64,000 bases of DNA from an uncultured virus (IMG/VR IMGVR_UViG_3300006103_001171) (lineage: Duplodnaviria; Heunggongvirae; Uroviricota; Caudoviricetes): the IMG/VR virus record IMGVR_UViG_3300006103_001171. One strand, 5' to 3'. Shown here piece after piece: positions 11,264 to 21,769 of the stretch. The translations under genes were made by a program, and so were the position numbers. Under the pieces are notes generated by a model. It had not been told where the DNA came from. It searched no databases and saw only the letters and a program-made list of their open reading frames with translations. Position 1 is the first letter of the stretch. Every line of letters starts with the position of its first letter.

Positions 11264-12232
11264 GTGGCATACTTAATAGATATATTTGAATCATTTTTAG
11301 GTGAATACAGAAAGTATAACGAAGATTCTCAGCAGGCATCTTTCGATTGTCCCTCATGTTCAATCGATAAAGGTATGCCAGATGGTGATGGTAAAGGCAA
11401 CCTAGAATTAAATTACCAAAAAAACGTATTTAAATGCTGGGTATGTAAGGACACTCACTATATGAGTGGTTCCATCATAAAATTAATTAAAAAATACGGT
11501 TCTGAAAAAAATCTAAGAGATTATAAACTCTTTAGACCAGATGCTTTTATAACTAATGAAGATAAAGAACACATTAGTATAACCCTACCCGAAGGATATA
11601 AAAAATTATCCGAATGCAATTCAAAAGACTTTAAGTCAACATTAGCCCTAAATTACTTAAAAGAACGTAATATAACCGATGATATTATCAAAAAATTTGA
11701 TATAGGTTATACTTATAGGGGTAAATTTTTTAATAGAATCATAATACCATCATATGATGAGGATGGTGTATTAAATTACTTTATAGCTAGATGGTTTGAT
11801 AAACAATACGGTGCTATGAAGTATTTAAACCCAACCGTTGAAAAACAATCAATTATCTTTAATGAACAAAAGATAAATTGGGATGCGAATATCTACTTAG
11901 TAGAAGGTGTTACCGACCATATTGTGGTACCAAATTCAATTCCAATGTTAGGGAAATTTATATCCCCAAATTTACATTATAAATTATACGAAAAAGCCAA
12001 AGCAAATATTATTATTCTATTGGATGGTGATGCTGTTGATGATGCGATTAATTTGTATAAAAAACTTGATTTTGGTGATTTAACTGGTAGGATAAGAATT
12101 TGTTTCCCACCAGAAGATTATGACCCAAGTCTTATTAATGAAAAATTTGGTAAACGTGGAATAATTAAACTTTTAAGCTATTCTGATAAGCTTGAAAAAG
12201 CTATCCAACTTGAAATACTTGGAAGTAAGTAA
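11264..12232 (+). CDS. DNA primase (Zn finger + TOPRIM)
   Basis: CPSC...CWVC zinc ligands; 'YLVEGVTD' and 'LDGDA' TOPRIM motifs. Confidence 0.85.
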   Translation: MAYLIDIFESFLGEYRKYNEDSQQASFDCPSCSIDKGMPDGDGKGNLELNYQKNVFKCWVCKDTHYMSGSIIKLIKKYGSEKNLRDYKLFRPDAFITNEDKEHISITLPEGYKKLSECNSKDFKSTLALNYLKERNITDDIIKKFDIGYTYRGKFFNRIIIPSYDEDGVLNYFIARWFDKQYGAMKYLNPTVEKQSIIFNEQKINWDANIYLVEGVTDHIVVPNSIPMLGKFISPNLHYKLYEKAKANIIILLDGDAVDDAINLYKKLDFGDLTGRIRICFPPEDYDPSLINEKFGKRGIIKLLSYSDKLEKAIQLEILGSK

Positions 12233-12265
12233 AAAATTTCGTATATTTGCAATAAATTTAAATAA

Positions 12266-13048
12266 ATGAGTAATGCAAAAGTTTGGGATTCGATAATTTA
12301 TCTTGAACCCATTCAACACAAATACCACCATAGAGTAACTGGTAAAATTTATAAATCAGTTACCACAACCCTTTCGTCAATAGAACCACACTTTGATGCT
12401 GAGGCTGTATCGTTAGCTATAACTAAACAATTAGATACCGTTAAGCAAGAAAGATACATCGGTATGAGCCAACAACAAATTCTTGATTATTGGCAAATGC
12501 TTAATGATGAAGCTAATGAGTATGGAACAAAGGTCCATAACATTATGGAAAATTACTTATTAGCCAATAAATGGTATTTTCCAAAGGATGATGAAGAAGG
12601 TAGATTTGAACAAAGAGTTATTGATTCATTTAATGAGTTAAAAATCGATGAAGGTCAAACTATGTGGCCAGAAAGAATCCTCTTCAGTGAACAATATGAA
12701 TTGGCTGGTATGAGTGATTTAATTGTTGATATTGATGATGTTTTTTTTGATATTGGTGATTATAAAACAAATAGGGTTTTTAATTTTTATAACCCATACG
12801 GTTACGAAACCCTACACCCACCTTTCCAATATATGCAAAACTGTCAATGGAGCATTTATACACTTCAATTATCTGTTTATGCTAGAATGTATGAATTAGA
12901 ATTCCCTAAACGTAAGTGTAGGCAAATCTATGTTATGTATTGGGATAAGGAAAAAATGACGTTCCAAAAAATACAAATAATGTATATGAGATTAGAAGCA
13001 CAGAAGCTAATCGAAATGCACCACTATAACTTAATGAAATCGATTTAA
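12266..13048 (+). CDS. PD-(D/E)XK family exonuclease
   Basis: 'SVTT', 'GTKVH', 'AGMSDL...IGDYKT' and 'LQLSVYA' motifs. Confidence 0.8.
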   Translation: MSNAKVWDSIIYLEPIQHKYHHRVTGKIYKSVTTTLSSIEPHFDAEAVSLAITKQLDTVKQERYIGMSQQQILDYWQMLNDEANEYGTKVHNIMENYLLANKWYFPKDDEEGRFEQRVIDSFNELKIDEGQTMWPERILFSEQYELAGMSDLIVDIDDVFFDIGDYKTNRVFNFYNPYGYETLHPPFQYMQNCQWSIYTLQLSVYARMYELEFPKRKCRQIYVMYWDKEKMTFQKIQIMYMRLEAQKLIEMHHYNLMKSI

Positions 13049-13051
13049 ACT

Positions 13052-13309
13052 ATGATAAAAAACAATAACCCTATTCTTGGTGAGGTTAAAGAAGAAAAAA
13101 TAATTGATAATAGAGGTGTTAGATATGACCCTTTTAATTTAAATGAAAATACACCAATGTTTAACCCAATTTCATTAAAATTAGTTAATGAATGGAAGGA
13201 TGGTTTTTATTTACATGATGATTTGATACATGGTTTAGAAAAACAAACATTAATGCGTGTTGTAAATAATGAAATAGTTGAATTTTATAAATTAGAGAAA
13301 GTAAAATGA
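13052..13309 (+). CDS. Hypothetical protein
   Basis: 85-aa ORF tightly packed in the operon. Confidence 0.5.
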   Translation: MIKNNNPILGEVKEEKIIDNRGVRYDPFNLNENTPMFNPISLKLVNEWKDGFYLHDDLIHGLEKQTLMRVVNNEIVEFYKLEKVK

Positions 13310-14124
13310 GTAAAATTAAAGTTATTATACATGTGGCTGATATTCACATTAGGACATATAGGTTCCATGATGAATATAAGACCGTTTTTAAGAGGTTTAT
13401 TGACCAAGTAAAGGATTTGGTCAAGGATTACACTAGAGACGAAATTAGGGTGGTTATTGCAGGTGATTTGGTGCATCAGAAGATTGTTATATCCAACGAA
13501 CAACTTATACTTGGTACTTGGTTTATAAGACAACTAGAAATGATTGCACCAGTTGTAATTATTGCTGGTAATCACGATTTGCTTGAGAATAATAAGGATA
13601 GGGTTGATAGTCTTACACCCATGGTACAGTTCTTACCAGATTCAGAAGTTAATTACTTTAAGGAAAGTAAATGTTACTTAGACAATAATATTGTTTGGTG
13701 TATTTATAGTATATTTGATGGTAATGCTAGACCAGACATAGAATCTGCTAAGGAACAATTTGGTAATGACAAGACTTATGTTGGCTTATTCCATGCACCG
13801 CTTTTAAATGCTAAAACAGACATCGGATATGAAATTGACCATGGTGCATCGTTAGAGATATTTGGGGGTTGTGATATGGCTCTTTTGGGTGATATTCATA
13901 AGAGGCAATCATTTAATCATAATGGTATTCAAATTGCTTATCCAAGTTCATTAATTCAACAGAATTTTGGTGAGAATGTATCAAAGCATGGATTCCTTTT
14001 ATGGGATGTTGAAAGTAAGCGGTTTACTGAGCATGATGTTGACAATGAAAATTCATTTTATAACTTTAAAATCAAATCCTTAGATGATTTGGATAATAAT
14101 GCTGAAATAATAACCAATTTATAA
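13306..14124 (+). CDS. SbcD/Mre11-like metallophosphoesterase nuclease (gp47-like)
   Basis: 'ADIH', 'AGDLVH', 'AGNHD' and 'LGDIH' motifs. Confidence 0.85.
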   Translation: MSKIKVIIHVADIHIRTYRFHDEYKTVFKRFIDQVKDLVKDYTRDEIRVVIAGDLVHQKIVISNEQLILGTWFIRQLEMIAPVVIIAGNHDLLENNKDRVDSLTPMVQFLPDSEVNYFKESKCYLDNNIVWCIYSIFDGNARPDIESAKEQFGNDKTYVGLFHAPLLNAKTDIGYEIDHGASLEIFGGCDMALLGDIHKRQSFNHNGIQIAYPSSLIQQNFGENVSKHGFLLWDVESKRFTEHDVDNENSFYNFKIKSLDDLDNNAEIITNL

Positions 14125-14126
14125 AA

Positions 14127-14498
14127 ATGGAAATACCTAAGGAACTTAGAAATGAGATATACATGTACTGTAATACAAATAAGATTACAGACTATGATGC
14201 TTTTATACTAAAGTGTATAAAACAAGGTTTCACGGTTGAAAAATATGGTGCTGCACCAGCCTTTAAAGAAAAAATAGTTGAGAAGATTGTTGAAGTAGAA
14301 GTTGAAAAAGTTGTTGAAAGGGTTGTTGAAGTACCTATTAATGTTATAGACTCAGAATTGGGTGAAAAGTATAAACAATTACTTGATGAATTTGAAAAGT
14401 TTCGTGAAGAAAGTGTTAAGTTATCAAATGAAAATGAATCACTAAAAGTTCAATTAACAGAAAAAAATAAGAAAAAAGCAGACATTTATGGAGAATAA
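14127..14498 (+). CDS. Hypothetical coiled-coil protein
   Basis: 123-aa ORF with EKIVE repeats, between the nuclease and the ATPase. Confidence 0.6.
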   Translation: MEIPKELRNEIYMYCNTNKITDYDAFILKCIKQGFTVEKYGAAPAFKEKIVEKIVEVEVEKVVERVVEVPINVIDSELGEKYKQLLDEFEKFREESVKLSNENESLKVQLTEKNKKKADIYGE

Positions 14499-16842
14499 GA
14501 TAAGTATATCACCGTATTCAAAAATTAAGGTTCAATGGTCTGATAGACCTGAAAACTATAGTAAAGAAGGTAAAAATAAAATAAAAAATCACTTTGCTAA
14601 GAAGTATGGGTTAAATAAAAATAATATTGATGTTATTTATAATCCTGTTAAGTTTAATGAATCTGGTGATGCAATTGAAATAACTGGTGCAAACATTGAG
14701 AATATCATGGACACAACTTATCAACGTGAGTTGATGAAAGAGTGGCTTAAACGTGAAAATAAAACTATTGATTTTAATAGGATATTGAATCTTGATGATA
14801 AAGTTAATGGTGAGTTAAACCTTGATGATACCAGCACTCGACATAACACTTGGTCCATCAAGTGGCTTATGATTAACAACTTCTTATCTTTTGGTGAAGA
14901 AAATTATGTTCCCTTTAACAAGTTAAGGGGTTTAACGGTTGTTAATTCAATCCCATCAAATACTGGTGGAAAAACTTCATTAACTATTGATTCATTAAAG
15001 TTCTTACTACACGGTAACACAACCAAAACAGATAAGAATGAAGAAATCTTTAATACCTATTCTGATAAGAATGACCTTGTTGTTAGGGGTATGATAGAAA
15101 TTGGTGGTGAAGAAATCATTATCGAAAGAAAAATGAAAAGAACCGCTAAAAAAGGTGGTGGGTGGACCGTAACCAATAGGGTTAATTACTATGAGTTGTT
15201 ACCAGATGGTGAGGAAAAGGCTCTTAATGAAGAGGATGCAACTAGAACAACAGCAAAATTAAGAGCTACTATTGGTAGTGAAAAGGATTTTGAAATGCTT
15301 GTATTAGCAACTGAGAAAAATTTGGATGACCTTATTGGCTTAACAACAACTGAAAGTGGTAAAGTACTTACTAGACTTATCGGTCTTGAGGTTATTGAAA
15401 TGAAAGAAGCTGTTGTTAGGAAGATGTATAATGAATTTGATAAAAAGAAAAAATCAAATGAACATGATGTTATTACATTAAATGATGATATTAACGAACA
15501 CCTTCAAAAAATTGAAATTTGTGAGGGTATTAAAGAAACATTAACCAATAGACATCAAGAAACGCTAGATAAGATTGAAAGCTTACGAACTGAAAATGAT
15601 AGACTTTTAAATAGTAAGATTACTGTTGATGTTGTCATAAGCGCATTAAACCCATCAAAACTTCAAAATGAGGTTGACCAAATAACTGAGTCTGGTAAAA
15701 CTATTAAATCTAAAGCGGATGATTTAAAAAATAGAATTAATGAGATTGGTAATCCAGACTTTGATGAAGATTATTATCATAAGTTAACACTTGAAAGAAA
15801 TAAGGTACTTATTGACTTAGGTTTAAAAAAAGGTGAAATTACTAGGTTAGAGAATAATATTAAGAATCTAATTGATGGTGGTATTTGTAAGTCATGTAAT
15901 CGTAAACTTGATGATGTTGACAACACAGAACACATAGAAGCACATAAGAAATCAATTGAAGATTTAACGATTGTTGTCAATGAGTTATTATCTAAAGAAA
16001 CGGTTGTTAAGGATGAGTTATCTGGGATGGTTGAAGTTAAGACTTTAGTTGATACTAAAATTAAACTTGAACTTGAAAAAGATAGGGCTGAAGTTGAGGT
16101 TGGTTCATTGAGAAATAAGGTTGTTGATAAGATGAATGACCTTAAAAAGTATAAGCTTAATGAACAAGCTATTGAATTTAATAGGAGTGTTGATGCTGAG
16201 GTATCAATGGTTAAAACCAACATTCAAGTTGAAGAAAAAACAAGAGATGATATTTTCTCTAAATTAGAGAAAATTAAGCAAGACATTAATCTTAACATCC
16301 AATCAATCGATGCTAAAAACAAATTAATAGAACAAATTAAGAAAGAAGAAGAAATTGATAAAATATTTAAGGTTTATATTGAACTATTTGGTAAAAAAGG
16401 CATTAGCAAGTTAGTACTTAGGTCAGTGTTACCAATTATAAATTCTGAGGTTGCAAGGCTTCTTGAGGATGTTTGTGAATTTGAGGTTGAAATATTTATT
16501 GATGATAAGAACGATGTACAATTCTTATTAATTAAAGATGGTGTGTCCAAATTGCTTAAATCTGGTAGTGGGTTTGAAAAGACAGCAGCTAGTTTAGCGT
16601 TAAGAGGTGTTTTAGGTAAGATATCAACATTACCAATGCCTAATTTTATAACGTTTGATGAGATTTTAGGTAAAGTTGCTAATGAAAACATTGACAAGTT
16701 AAAGCCACTATTTGACAAGATATCAAATATGTATGAGATAGTATTTTTAATTACACATAACGATATAATTAAGGATTGGGCCACTAAAATTCTAACAGTT
16801 ATTAAAGAAGGCAACATATCAAAGGTTAATTTATTAAAGTAA
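14488..16842 (+). CDS. SbcC/Rad50-like ATPase (gp46-like)
   Basis: Walker A 'NTGGKT', central coiled coil with CKSC zinc hook, signature 'SGFEK', Walker B 'FITFDE', and 'ITH'. Confidence 0.88.
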   Translation: MENKISISPYSKIKVQWSDRPENYSKEGKNKIKNHFAKKYGLNKNNIDVIYNPVKFNESGDAIEITGANIENIMDTTYQRELMKEWLKRENKTIDFNRILNLDDKVNGELNLDDTSTRHNTWSIKWLMINNFLSFGEENYVPFNKLRGLTVVNSIPSNTGGKTSLTIDSLKFLLHGNTTKTDKNEEIFNTYSDKNDLVVRGMIEIGGEEIIIERKMKRTAKKGGGWTVTNRVNYYELLPDGEEKALNEEDATRTTAKLRATIGSEKDFEMLVLATEKNLDDLIGLTTTESGKVLTRLIGLEVIEMKEAVVRKMYNEFDKKKKSNEHDVITLNDDINEHLQKIEICEGIKETLTNRHQETLDKIESLRTENDRLLNSKITVDVVISALNPSKLQNEVDQITESGKTIKSKADDLKNRINEIGNPDFDEDYYHKLTLERNKVLIDLGLKKGEITRLENNIKNLIDGGICKSCNRKLDDVDNTEHIEAHKKSIEDLTIVVNELLSKETVVKDELSGMVEVKTLVDTKIKLELEKDRAEVEVGSLRNKVVDKMNDLKKYKLNEQAIEFNRSVDAEVSMVKTNIQVEEKTRDDIFSKLEKIKQDINLNIQSIDAKNKLIEQIKKEEEIDKIFKVYIELFGKKGISKLVLRSVLPIINSEVARLLEDVCEFEVEIFIDDKNDVQFLLIKDGVSKLLKSGSGFEKTAASLALRGVLGKISTLPMPNFITFDEILGKVANENIDKLKPLFDKISNMYEIVFLITHNDIIKDWATKILTVIKEGNISKVNLLK

Positions 16843-16893
16843 ATTTTTTTATTTGATAAAAACATCTATATTTGCATCTTAAAATTTGATAAA

Positions 16894-17406
16894 ATGAAAT
16901 TTAGAGATTACTGTTTAGTGCTTATGGGTAAGAATGATAATTTTTTACCAGAAATTATTAAGGTTTCCGAATCTAAACCAAACGTTTTAGATGCTACTGG
17001 GATTGTTATAGCAACCTTTACATCAGCGATGGAAGTTGAAGAACTTACAGATTATTTTAAAACAAACGATAGGAATTTTTTATTGTTTGATTTAGATAAA
17101 AACCATTCTGGTTTTCACATTACGAAGGATAAAGTACATCAAGGCTTATTTGGTTTTTTAGGTGGTGATAGAGAACAGTATCTAAAGGAAAAAAGTGAAG
17201 AATTGCTTCATGAATTAGAAGTTAATGGTGATGGTGTTACTACATATACAAACGAAAATGATATAAAATTAAAACTGCCAATTGATAATATTGATGACTT
17301 GACACCCAAAGAAAAAGATGAATGGATTAATATCATAATAGATAAAGGTGTTGATAAACTCTCCGATTACGATAAGAAATTACTGGATAAATTATCGAAT
17401 GATTAG
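16894..17406 (+). CDS. Hypothetical protein
   Basis: 170-aa ORF after a TATATTTG promoter box. Confidence 0.65.
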   Translation: MKFRDYCLVLMGKNDNFLPEIIKVSESKPNVLDATGIVIATFTSAMEVEELTDYFKTNDRNFLLFDLDKNHSGFHITKDKVHQGLFGFLGGDREQYLKEKSEELLHELEVNGDGVTTYTNENDIKLKLPIDNIDDLTPKEKDEWINIIIDKGVDKLSDYDKKLLDKLSND

Positions 17407-17484
17407 TAAATAAATACCAGGAAAAAGTTTGACTTTTCATAATTTTTTCGTATATTTGCATATCTGTAAGATAATAATAATATA

Positions 17485-18330
17485 TTGAAATATGAAAAAT
17501 TAATGGTAAATAAGTTTGTGAATTTTGAAGATGAGGATTGTTTAGTAAAGTACTTTAAGGATGTTAGAAAATCTAAAATTTTAACTTTAGATGAAGAAGT
17601 TAAGATTGCTGAAGAGATAAAATCTGGGAATTTAGATTCGGTGGATATTTTGGTTAAGGCTAATTTAAAATTTGTTGTTTCTATAGCAAAAGAATACCAA
17701 AATCAAGGATTACCACTATCTGATTTAATTAGTGAGGGTAACTTTGGTTTAATAAAAGCGGCAACAAGATTTGACCACACTCGTGGGTTCCGATTTATAT
17801 CCTATGCCGTTTGGTGGATAAGGCAATCAATCATTCAAAGCCTTAACGATAATGCTAGAATGGTACGTTTACCAGCAAACATAATTAACAAATTGAATAG
17901 TCTTAAAAAAGAAATCGAAAAGTTTGAATCAGATAATGAACGTGAACCAATTTATGGTGATATATTAGATGAAAATTCTGAAGCTGTCGACTTAACCATT
18001 TATTCTAGGTGTTCATCATTAAACGATATTATCAACGAAGATGGTGATGAACTTATCGATTTAATATCATCACCTAACGATGATGATAAATTGATTGTTA
18101 ATGATAAACTTAAAAATAAAATCAATGAAACTCTTTCAATACTAAGTGAAAGAGAACGAATCATAATTGAAAATTATTATGGTATAAACACTGATTGTGA
18201 ACCAATGACACTTGAGGTCATAGGTGAAAAGTTTTCATTAACTAAAGAAAGAATCAGACAAATTAAAGAAAAATCCCTAAGAAAATTAAGACACAATGCT
18301 CATAATTTATACAACTTAATTAATGAGTGA
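17485..18330 (+). CDS. Sigma70-family RNA polymerase sigma factor (start probably ATG near 17503)
   Basis: 'ANLKFVVSIAKEY', 'DLISEGNFGL', 'FISYAVWWIRQ' and the region 4 motif 'TLEVIG..FSLTKERIRQI'. Confidence 0.92.
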   Translation: MKYEKLMVNKFVNFEDEDCLVKYFKDVRKSKILTLDEEVKIAEEIKSGNLDSVDILVKANLKFVVSIAKEYQNQGLPLSDLISEGNFGLIKAATRFDHTRGFRFISYAVWWIRQSIIQSLNDNARMVRLPANIINKLNSLKKEIEKFESDNEREPIYGDILDENSEAVDLTIYSRCSSLNDIINEDGDELIDLISSPNDDDKLIVNDKLKNKINETLSILSERERIIIENYYGINTDCEPMTLEVIGEKFSLTKERIRQIKEKSLRKLRHNAHNLYNLINE

Positions 18331-18342
18331 TATTTATATAAT

Positions 18343-19638
18343 ATGAAATTTAAGTTTAGCTTTTTAGTTGCTTTAGCTGCCACACTTGTTGCAGGCTGTT
18401 CCGCTTACTATTCAGTTTTTGGTCTTAGTCAATTATTCGCTGGTGCCAGTCTTTCAGTTATACTTATGGCATCTAGTCTTGAATTTAGTAAAGTAATAGC
18501 TGTTAGTATTTTAGAGAAGTATTGGAATAAAATTGGTAAAACCTTAAGAGTTTATTTAATTATTGGTGTTACCATTTTAGTTTGTATAACATCCGCAGGT
18601 ATCTATGGTTTTCTATCCAATGCCTATCAAAAAACAGCTTCTAATGTCGAAATGTCAGATGCTGCTTTAGGTGTTCTTAATAATAAAAAATCACTATTTG
18701 AAAAAAATATTACAGATAACCAAAAAATAATTGAAACAAAATCCAATAGAGTATCACAACTATCAAACCTTAGAAATGTTCAAGAAGGTAGAATTGATGC
18801 GGCTATTACAAATTCAAATAAAAACAAAGCTAGAGCAGATATTGATGCATCTTCCAAAGAGGTTCAATTATTAAATAGCGAAATTGACGTTTTAAACGCT
18901 AAAAACGCCGTGTTATCTGACTCAGTGAATGTTTATGCTAATAAGGCAATTGAGGTCAAATCTAAGGCTAATTCAACTAGTGAAATAGGTCCATTGAAGT
19001 ACCTTGCTCAATTGACTGGTTACCCAATGGATAAAATCATCAACTGGTTTATCCTTCTTTTAATTTTTGTATTTGACCCATTAGCGGTTGCATTGGTTGT
19101 TGCGACTAATAAGGTCCTAGAAATTGAAAAAGAAAATACTGAGACTAAAGAAGACGATGGTATATATGGTGTAGACTTACAACCATGGCCACCCACGCCA
19201 ATGCATGCGATACTAACAAAAAATACAACAAGAGAAGAACCGCCATTTGTAAGTGACGATTTTCAAATAGGTCCAGATGGTGCGTATGAATACATTGAAG
19301 AACCACCATTTGAAGAAGAAGCTATAGAAGAACCAATTATTGAAGAACCAATTATTGAAGAACCAATTATTGAAGAAGAAGCTATAGAAGAATTCATAGA
19401 AGAACCAACAATAGAACCAACAATAGAACCAATAATAGAACCAGCAATAGAGGAGCCAATTATTGAAACTAAAGTTGAAGAACCAGTGGTGTATAAGCCT
19501 GATTATGTCATTCCAAATGGTAAGATTAAACTTGAAGACATAAAAGAAAAAAAGTTAGAAACCAATAGAGGATTTTCTAAGGATATACCAACAATTAAAA
19601 ATACAGTAGAACACATTGGTGTTAATAAATATCGTTAA
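18343..19638 (+). CDS. Membrane protein with coiled coil and acidic EEP-repeat tail
   Basis: Several hydrophobic N-terminal helices, the 'FVFDPLAV' segment, and EEPII repeats. Confidence 0.7.
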   Translation: MKFKFSFLVALAATLVAGCSAYYSVFGLSQLFAGASLSVILMASSLEFSKVIAVSILEKYWNKIGKTLRVYLIIGVTILVCITSAGIYGFLSNAYQKTASNVEMSDAALGVLNNKKSLFEKNITDNQKIIETKSNRVSQLSNLRNVQEGRIDAAITNSNKNKARADIDASSKEVQLLNSEIDVLNAKNAVLSDSVNVYANKAIEVKSKANSTSEIGPLKYLAQLTGYPMDKIINWFILLLIFVFDPLAVALVVATNKVLEIEKENTETKEDDGIYGVDLQPWPPTPMHAILTKNTTREEPPFVSDDFQIGPDGAYEYIEEPPFEEEAIEEPIIEEPIIEEPIIEEEAIEEFIEEPTIEPTIEPIIEPAIEEPIIETKVEEPVVYKPDYVIPNGKIKLEDIKEKKLETNRGFSKDIPTIKNTVEHIGVNKYR

Positions 19639-19652
19639 AATTTATCTTATAA

Positions 19653-20267
19653 ATGGAAATTAATAATCAATATGTGTTACCAGATAATAATTACATAAAA
19701 ACCGAAACAACTAAAAAATCAATTATCCTTGGTAATTTTTCTGCGAGTCCAGATAAAAATTACGTAAAGTGGACGAGTAGATATAACAGTAATTATAAAA
19801 AGACTGCTGCATTTACGATAGATATTAGTGGTTGTGTTTATAATCACTTTGACCCAATTTATTATTCAAATATCCTTGGAAATATTGATTTAGATAAAAG
19901 AAATATTGTTATTTTACTGGAGAATGAAGGTTGGTTAACTAAAAATGTTAATGAAAATAAATTTATTGATTGGGTTGGTCATATTTATAATAGAGATGGT
20001 GTTATAGTTGAAAAAAAATGGCGTGGACAATCATATTGGGCCCCTTATTCTGATGAACAAGTAGTTTCAACTATAAAATTAATCACTAAATTATGTGCTG
20101 ATTATAACATAAATAAAGTTGCAATTCCACATAATACAAAAATAGATAACCCCGATGAATACGAAGGTATTTTTTATAAGAGTAATCTAGAAAAACATCA
20201 TACTGATTTAAGTCCAGCTTGGTCGTGTGAAGATTTCAAAAGTAAATTAGAAGAATATGAAAAATAA
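19653..20267 (+). CDS. N-acetylmuramoyl-L-alanine amidase-like protein (possibly degenerate)
   Basis: The layout 'AAFTID..G...I.LENEG...YSDEQV.S..KL...TDLSP' resembles amidase_2, but the usual His ligands are not evident. Confidence 0.5.
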   Translation: MEINNQYVLPDNNYIKTETTKKSIILGNFSASPDKNYVKWTSRYNSNYKKTAAFTIDISGCVYNHFDPIYYSNILGNIDLDKRNIVILLENEGWLTKNVNENKFIDWVGHIYNRDGVIVEKKWRGQSYWAPYSDEQVVSTIKLITKLCADYNINKVAIPHNTKIDNPDEYEGIFYKSNLEKHHTDLSPAWSCEDFKSKLEEYEK

Positions 20268-20709
20268 AGAATTGCTTAACGAGCATGAACAAACCAAAAT
20301 GATGCTTGAATTCATTAGAAGTAACAGTTCTAAAAGAATTATCCAAGAAAGTGACGATGTTATTTCACCATCAGAAAATGATTCAGTATACACTGATGAA
20401 TTAAAGAAATTATCTGATACGGTAGACCCAAGAGTTCAAATAAGTAAATTTAAAATTTACCCTAGAGATAGAGATGTTCAATTGGATGGTAGATTGGATT
20501 CTGGTGTTAATTTCTTCATGTCAACCAAGGCCATGAAATTAAAGATTTCAATAACAGATGACCAAGGTAAAACTGCTGAAATTTATTTAGATGATGAATT
20601 ACTTTCAACTATTCAAAAGTTAAATGGTTATTATGAAAATTGGACTAGAGAATGGGCGACAAAGTTAACTACTGAATATAAACCAAAGAATAATACCAAC
20701 CAAAATTAA
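20257..20709 (+). CDS. Hypothetical protein
   Basis: 150-aa ORF overlapping the upstream stop. Confidence 0.6.
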   Translation: MKNKELLNEHEQTKMMLEFIRSNSSKRIIQESDDVISPSENDSVYTDELKKLSDTVDPRVQISKFKIYPRDRDVQLDGRLDSGVNFFMSTKAMKLKISITDDQGKTAEIYLDDELLSTIQKLNGYYENWTREWATKLTTEYKPKNNTNQN

Positions 20710-20713
20710 TCTT

Positions 20714-21100
20714 ATGCAAAATTTAAATATTAAAAGGTTATTGGTTGACATAATACTCATAGTTGGTATTTTTATTGCAATTTTTATTGGGTATAAAATA
20801 TATAACAAATCTGATAATTCAACACCAGAACAACTTAAACAAACACTTATCGAAAATAAAAAAATTCAAGATAAGATAGATTCTATTAGTAGATATAATA
20901 AATCACTTATGAATAGAATATATAGTTTAGAGGTTGCTCAAACTGATGTTTATGATGTTATAAATCAAAATAATTCTTTAATAAAAGAAAATACTAATAA
21001 ATTAGATAAATTAAAAAAATCATATGAAGAAAAAATTGATTCTGTTAACAACTATTCTATTTACCAGCTTGATAGCTTTTTCACAAAGCGATACCCTTAA
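20714..21100 (+). CDS. Membrane-anchored coiled-coil protein (spanin-like?)
   Basis: N-terminal TM helix followed by coiled coil; overlaps the next ORF. Confidence 0.5.
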   Translation: MQNLNIKRLLVDIILIVGIFIAIFIGYKIYNKSDNSTPEQLKQTLIENKKIQDKIDSISRYNKSLMNRIYSLEVAQTDVYDVINQNNSLIKENTNKLDKLKKSYEEKIDSVNNYSIYQLDSFFTKRYP

Positions 21101-21440
21101 GATAACTAAGAGAGCTGGTATTGGTGCTATTAAAGACATATTAAAAAAAGATATGTTAGAACATGAGGTTAATTCTTTAAATAAAAATATAAGCATTTAC
21201 CAAGATAATTTAAAATTAAAGGATAGCATTATTACATCAAAAACAACTGAAATTAATCTATTTAAGTTAAGAGATACAATGTCTCAAAAAATTATTTCAT
21301 TGAACGATGAACAAAAAAACAATCTAAATAAATCAATTAAAGAATTGAATGATGAACTTAAAAAAGAAAAGAAGAAAGTTACCATAACAACAATTGGTGG
21401 TATCGCACTTGCTTTTTTAGTTTATATGATTGCGAAGTAA
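21024..21440 (+). CDS. Secreted coiled-coil protein with C-terminal TM helix (spanin-like?)
   Basis: Signal-peptide-like start 'MKKKLILL...AFSQ' and a hydrophobic C-terminus. Confidence 0.5.
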   Translation: MKKKLILLTTILFTSLIAFSQSDTLKITKRAGIGAIKDILKKDMLEHEVNSLNKNISIYQDNLKLKDSIITSKTTEINLFKLRDTMSQKIISLNDEQKNNLNKSIKELNDELKKEKKKVTITTIGGIALAFLVYMIAK

Positions 21441-21530
21441 TAATATTTACGAATAAACTATTAAATGGGACTTAAAAAGTCTCATTTTTTGTTTAAATAC
21501 GTATATTTATATAAAAACAAATATTTCTAA

Positions 21531-21767
21531 ATGAAAATTAAAGAAGATATAACAAAATCTGACATTGATAAGGGTATTAAAGTTTTTATTGATAGTTCTG
21601 CATTCAAATCAAAAATTGAGAAAATTGTTAAAGATAGACTTAAAAATGAAAAAGAATTGGAGGACAAAGTTGTTGAAATAACAAAAAATGTATTAACACA
21701 ATTATATAAAACACTTTGGACCAAACGTGGTTTCTGGAAAAGTGGTCTTTCAAATAAAGCAGATTAA
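21531..21767 (+). CDS. Hypothetical protein
   Basis: 78-aa ORF after the ATATTTATA motif. Confidence 0.6.
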   Translation: MKIKEDITKSDIDKGIKVFIDSSAFKSKIEKIVKDRLKNEKELEDKVVEITKNVLTQLYKTLWTKRGFWKSGLSNKAD

Positions 21768-21769
21768 AT

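Noticed and set aside
15777..16865. Antisense and alternate-frame ORFs inside large genes (also 1421, 2698, 4730, 23438, 47198, 51280, 60622, 61450)
   Set aside because: Shadow frames of well-supported genes with no motifs of their own.
19295..19460. EEPII tandem repeats as a DGR or contingency locus
   Set aside because: An in-frame low-complexity protein repeat, with no reverse transcriptase or template/variable repeat pair.
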